DNA of 64,000 nucleotides from Candidatus Heimdallarchaeota archaeon (GTDB lineage Archaea; Asgardarchaeota; Heimdallarchaeia; JABLTI01): NCBI GenBank assembly GCA_018238155.1, contig JABCTZ010000026.1, positions 96,001 to 160,000 of the forward strand, read 5' to 3'. Shown piece by piece: positions 60,843 to 64,000 of this stretch (position 1 is its first letter; each line of letters starts with the position of its first letter). The notes under the pieces were generated by a model. It saw only the letters and a program-made list of their open reading frames with translations, ran no database searches and was not told where the DNA came from. The position numbers and the translations under genes were made by a program.

Positions 60843-61898
60843 ATGACTAAAAAATCAGGTGAAAAATACTCACTGTTATCAAAAAGTGAACTACAAATAC
60901 TTCTTGAATCAAATAATCGTGACAAAAGAATGCAAGTAATTCACTATTTAGTAGAAACAAAGAGTTCACAATCAGTTGACATTTTATCAAAAATATCAAT
61001 TGCTGATTCAGATCATTTAGTTAGAGAACTTGCAATAATTGGTCTTAGCAATTTCCAATTTGAAGAGTATATAGAATTTTTCGCTGAAATTATTCATTCC
61101 TCTGAAGAGCAAAAAAGCAATGTAAAAGCTAGAGCAATTTGGGCTTTGGGGAAAAGAGATTCTCTACAAGTTTTCAATATCTTAACGAAAGGGTTAAGAG
61201 ATGAAAATGTTGAAATTCAATATTGGAGTATTCGTGGATTACTAAATCAAACAATTGCTTTTCCATTTCAAGAAATTGAAGAAATACTTTTTTCAAGTAA
61301 AACTCATCTAATTCGTCAAACAATCACATGGGCATTAGGAATAATTAAGGATAGAAATTCAGTGAGAATATTAATTGACACATTACTCAGAGACAAAAAT
61401 GCTCACGTTCGAATGAATGCCGCTTGGTCTTTAAGAAATATCGATAATCCGAAATCAATCTCAGGACTCTGCCATGCATTAAATAACGAAGGAAACGAAT
61501 TAACAAAAAGACAAATTGTTATTGCTATTGGTAATATTTTAGATAAATCAAAAGCACAAACTGAAAGAAATTCTGAAGAGTTAGGCAATATAAGAAAAGA
61601 AGCAGTCTTAGCTCTCATAGAAAGAATTCGACGAGATACTTGTTATTATATTCGTAGAGCTTGTGCTGAAGCTCTTGGAAAAGTAGGTGATAAGCAAACT
61701 GTTCCTATTTTAGTTCAAAAATACTCATCAGATGTTAATAAGTTCGTTCGGAAAGAAATTGCTTATGTTTTGGGGATTTTTGGAGATGAGCGTGCTCTAC
61801 CTGTTCTAAGAAAATCTCTTAGAAGTCGTTATAAGCGAGTCGTTGAAGCAGCAAAAATAGCAATTGAACGAATTGAATCAAATTGTGGACAAAATTAA
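60843..61898 (+). CDS. HEAT (PBS-lyase-like) repeat protein
   Basis: Repeated VR..AAW.L / IRRACAEALGKVGD / VRKEIAYVLG units. Confidence 0.88.
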   Translation: MTKKSGEKYSLLSKSELQILLESNNRDKRMQVIHYLVETKSSQSVDILSKISIADSDHLVRELAIIGLSNFQFEEYIEFFAEIIHSSEEQKSNVKARAIWALGKRDSLQVFNILTKGLRDENVEIQYWSIRGLLNQTIAFPFQEIEEILFSSKTHLIRQTITWALGIIKDRNSVRILIDTLLRDKNAHVRMNAAWSLRNIDNPKSISGLCHALNNEGNELTKRQIVIAIGNILDKSKAQTERNSEELGNIRKEAVLALIERIRRDTCYYIRRACAEALGKVGDKQTVPILVQKYSSDVNKFVRKEIAYVLGIFGDERALPVLRKSLRSRYKRVVEAAKIAIERIESNCGQN

Positions 61899-61979
61899 AC
61901 ATTCATATTAATTTGGATTCTTAATAAAACCGAAATAGTTTTATGTAAGACCAATGAAAAATAATTAGTCTTCAGTGTT

Positions 61980-63824
61980 GTGAAATTAAACATGCATCCA
62001 CTATTACGTATTCTCAAATATATGAAAAAGAAAACTCTCTTTGCTATTTGCATAGTTATTTTTACAGCAATAGTGGATTCAGGTTTTACTCTTGCCACAC
62101 CTTATGTTATCAAACAAATTATTAACAGTATTTTTTATGAACAGAATTTTGCTTTAAGATTCTATGCCTTAAAATTGTGGATACCTATTTTTATTGGAAT
62201 AGGTTTTCTCGCATCAATCTTTCGGTTCGTTCAAAGGTATATTAATGAATATATTTCTCAAAATGTCATCTATGATCTCCGAAATAGATTATACTCTAAA
62301 ATTCAGAGACAATCTATCGATTTCTTTGATCGAATGGAAACAGGACAACTAATCTCGAGAGGAACAAGTGATGTCGAAGCAATTCGACGATTACTTAGTA
62401 TTGGTTTGCGAATTTTCTTGAGATCAATCTGTCTCTATATTGGTATTTTCATAATTGTCGGTTTGATGGATTGGAAATTAATGCTGATTTTCGCAGGGTT
62501 TGCACCGATAATGTTCATATCGATGTTTATGTATGCCAAAAGAATTCGTCCATTAATGAGACAAATTCAAAATAAATTTGGTGATATGAATTCCGTTCTT
62601 GCAGAAAATGTTTATGGCTCTCGAGTTGTCAGAGCATTTGCAGCAGAGAAATTCGAGAGTGCAAAGTTTGAAAATGAGAATGAAAAATATTTAAAGTTAA
62701 ATTTAAAGTTGGCAAAATTGCGTGCTTATATTAATACTATTTTTCCATTGCTTCTAACAATAGGATCATTTCTTATTCTATTATTTGGTGGAAGAGCGGT
62801 TCTTGCAGGAACACTCGTTGGCGGTATAGGAACTTTGGTTGCTATTAATAGCTATTTAATTATGATGCGGATGCCAACGCGATTTATGTCATTTGCCATT
62901 TTACACTTACAAGAAGGAACAGCATCTCTTAACAGGATATTTGAAGTTATAGATATGGAAAAGAAAATAATTGAAAAAGATGATGCTATAGAACTACCGA
63001 GAATTTCAGGTAAAATCGAATTTAAAGATGTTACTTTTACTTATATCGAAGGAAATCCTCCTGTATTAAACGAAATAAATTTAACAATTGCACCTGGAGA
63101 AACGATTGCATTCTTAGGAACTACTGGTTCGGGTAAAAGTACGATTGTAAGTTTGATTCCAAGATTTTATGATCCAATTGAAGGTGCAGTTTTCATTGAT
63201 GATGTAGATATACGAGATGTTCAGCTTGAACCTTTCAGAAAGCAAATAGCAATTGTTCAACAAGAAGCATTTCTCTTTGCCAAGACAATAAAAGAAAATA
63301 TTGCTTTTGGTAAACCTGATGCTACAGATGAAGAAATTCTGCGAGTGTCAAAAATTGCTCAAGCTCATGAATTTATTACTTCATTCCCTGATGGTTACGA
63401 TACAGTAGTTGGTGAACGAGGGTTAACTCTTTCAGGTGGACAAAAACAACGTTTGACAATTGCTCGAGCATTGCTTCTAAAAACACCTTTACTAATTATG
63501 GATGATTCTTCAAGTGCTCTTGATTTTGAAACTGAAAACCAATTTCAAATTGCAGTGAGTGAGTTAATTAAAAATAAAACAACATTAATTGTTACTCAGA
63601 GATTATCAACAATAAAGTTTGCAACTAAAATTGTTGTCATGGATAAAGGAAAAATTGTTGAGTTAGGTAAACATGATGAATTGATGAGCAAAGGTGGTCT
63701 CTACAAACACCTCTTTGAAACTCAATTAATCGATCAGCAAAATGCTATGGTATCTTTCAATAAATTGGGTTCAAATTCTAAAGGCTCAGTTGAGAAAACA
63801 AAAAATAATGGAGGACAAAAATAA
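61980..63824 (+). CDS. ABC exporter, fused permease/ATPase (heterodimer subunit 1)
   Basis: TMD followed by GTTGSGKST, LSGGQKQR, MDDSSSALD (degenerate Walker B), TQR. Confidence 0.93.
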   Translation: MKLNMHPLLRILKYMKKKTLFAICIVIFTAIVDSGFTLATPYVIKQIINSIFYEQNFALRFYALKLWIPIFIGIGFLASIFRFVQRYINEYISQNVIYDLRNRLYSKIQRQSIDFFDRMETGQLISRGTSDVEAIRRLLSIGLRIFLRSICLYIGIFIIVGLMDWKLMLIFAGFAPIMFISMFMYAKRIRPLMRQIQNKFGDMNSVLAENVYGSRVVRAFAAEKFESAKFENENEKYLKLNLKLAKLRAYINTIFPLLLTIGSFLILLFGGRAVLAGTLVGGIGTLVAINSYLIMMRMPTRFMSFAILHLQEGTASLNRIFEVIDMEKKIIEKDDAIELPRISGKIEFKDVTFTYIEGNPPVLNEINLTIAPGETIAFLGTTGSGKSTIVSLIPRFYDPIEGAVFIDDVDIRDVQLEPFRKQIAIVQQEAFLFAKTIKENIAFGKPDATDEEILRVSKIAQAHEFITSFPDGYDTVVGERGLTLSGGQKQRLTIARALLLKTPLLIMDDSSSALDFETENQFQIAVSELIKNKTTLIVTQRLSTIKFATKIVVMDKGKIVELGKHDELMSKGGLYKHLFETQLIDQQNAMVSFNKLGSNSKGSVEKTKNNGGQK

Positions 63825-64000
63825 TGGGTTTTGGCGGAGGACAGACTGGCGGTCATTTTGATTCCTTAATTGAGGAAGAAGAACAAAAACAAAGAGCACG
63901 AGTAACTTCGGATAAAAATCTAGGTAAATGGATTCTAGGTTATTTAAAAGACTATAAAGGAATGGTTATACTAGCAATAATCTTAGTAGTGATTAGTGCC
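63824..64000 (+). CDS. Probable second ABC exporter subunit, truncated at the window end
   Basis: ATG overlaps the previous stop (TAATG); MGFGGGQTGG..SDKNLGKWILGYLKDYK, then a TM segment; open to the window edge. Confidence 0.7.
   Translation, partial: MGFGGGQTGGHFDSLIEEEEQKQRARVTSDKNLGKWILGYLKDYKGMVILAIILVVISA

Noticed and set aside
4734-62098. Many short ORFs antisense to or overlapping confident genes (e.g. 6192-6731, 12060-12506, 28312-28707, 48052-48330, 55874-56227)
   Set aside because: Shadow ORFs with no recognisable motifs, lying on well-supported genes or pseudogenes.

Overview
AT-rich archaeal chromosome segment, most consistent with an Asgard (Heimdallarchaeia-like) archaeon. 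This rests on topoisomerase VI B/A, the aIF-1A-RIO1-Dim2 cluster, archaeal adenylate kinase, a geranylgeranyl reductase, and LRR, RING, HEAT and small-GTPase-like proteins; the taxonomy is an inference. Housekeeping and transport genes are interrupted by accessory inserts. Main signal 1: two unlinked paralogous loci (2068-3168 minus strand, split by one in-frame TAG; 48998-50215 plus strand). Each encodes a signal peptide, a caspase/CHAT-like His-Cys domain (GHG...[A/S]CYS, His-Cys spacing 34 aa in both), a conserved DLD[D/P]G-x-GGG linker and an unrelated hydrophobic C-terminal domain. Each is followed by a membrane-protein gene, and the second locus also has an orphan 'C-terminal tip + immunity paralog' module. 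This looks like a self-cleaving, membrane-targeting polymorphic toxin/immunity system. Main signal 2: integrase-free inserts bounded by ~350-375 bp diverged direct repeats of protein-gene 3' ends (adh/RING junction; top6A). Also present: several unannotated pseudogenes, a DtxR/IdeR-type box before feoB, and short regulatory repeats. No rRNA, tRNA, CRISPR array, transposase or integrase was recognised.
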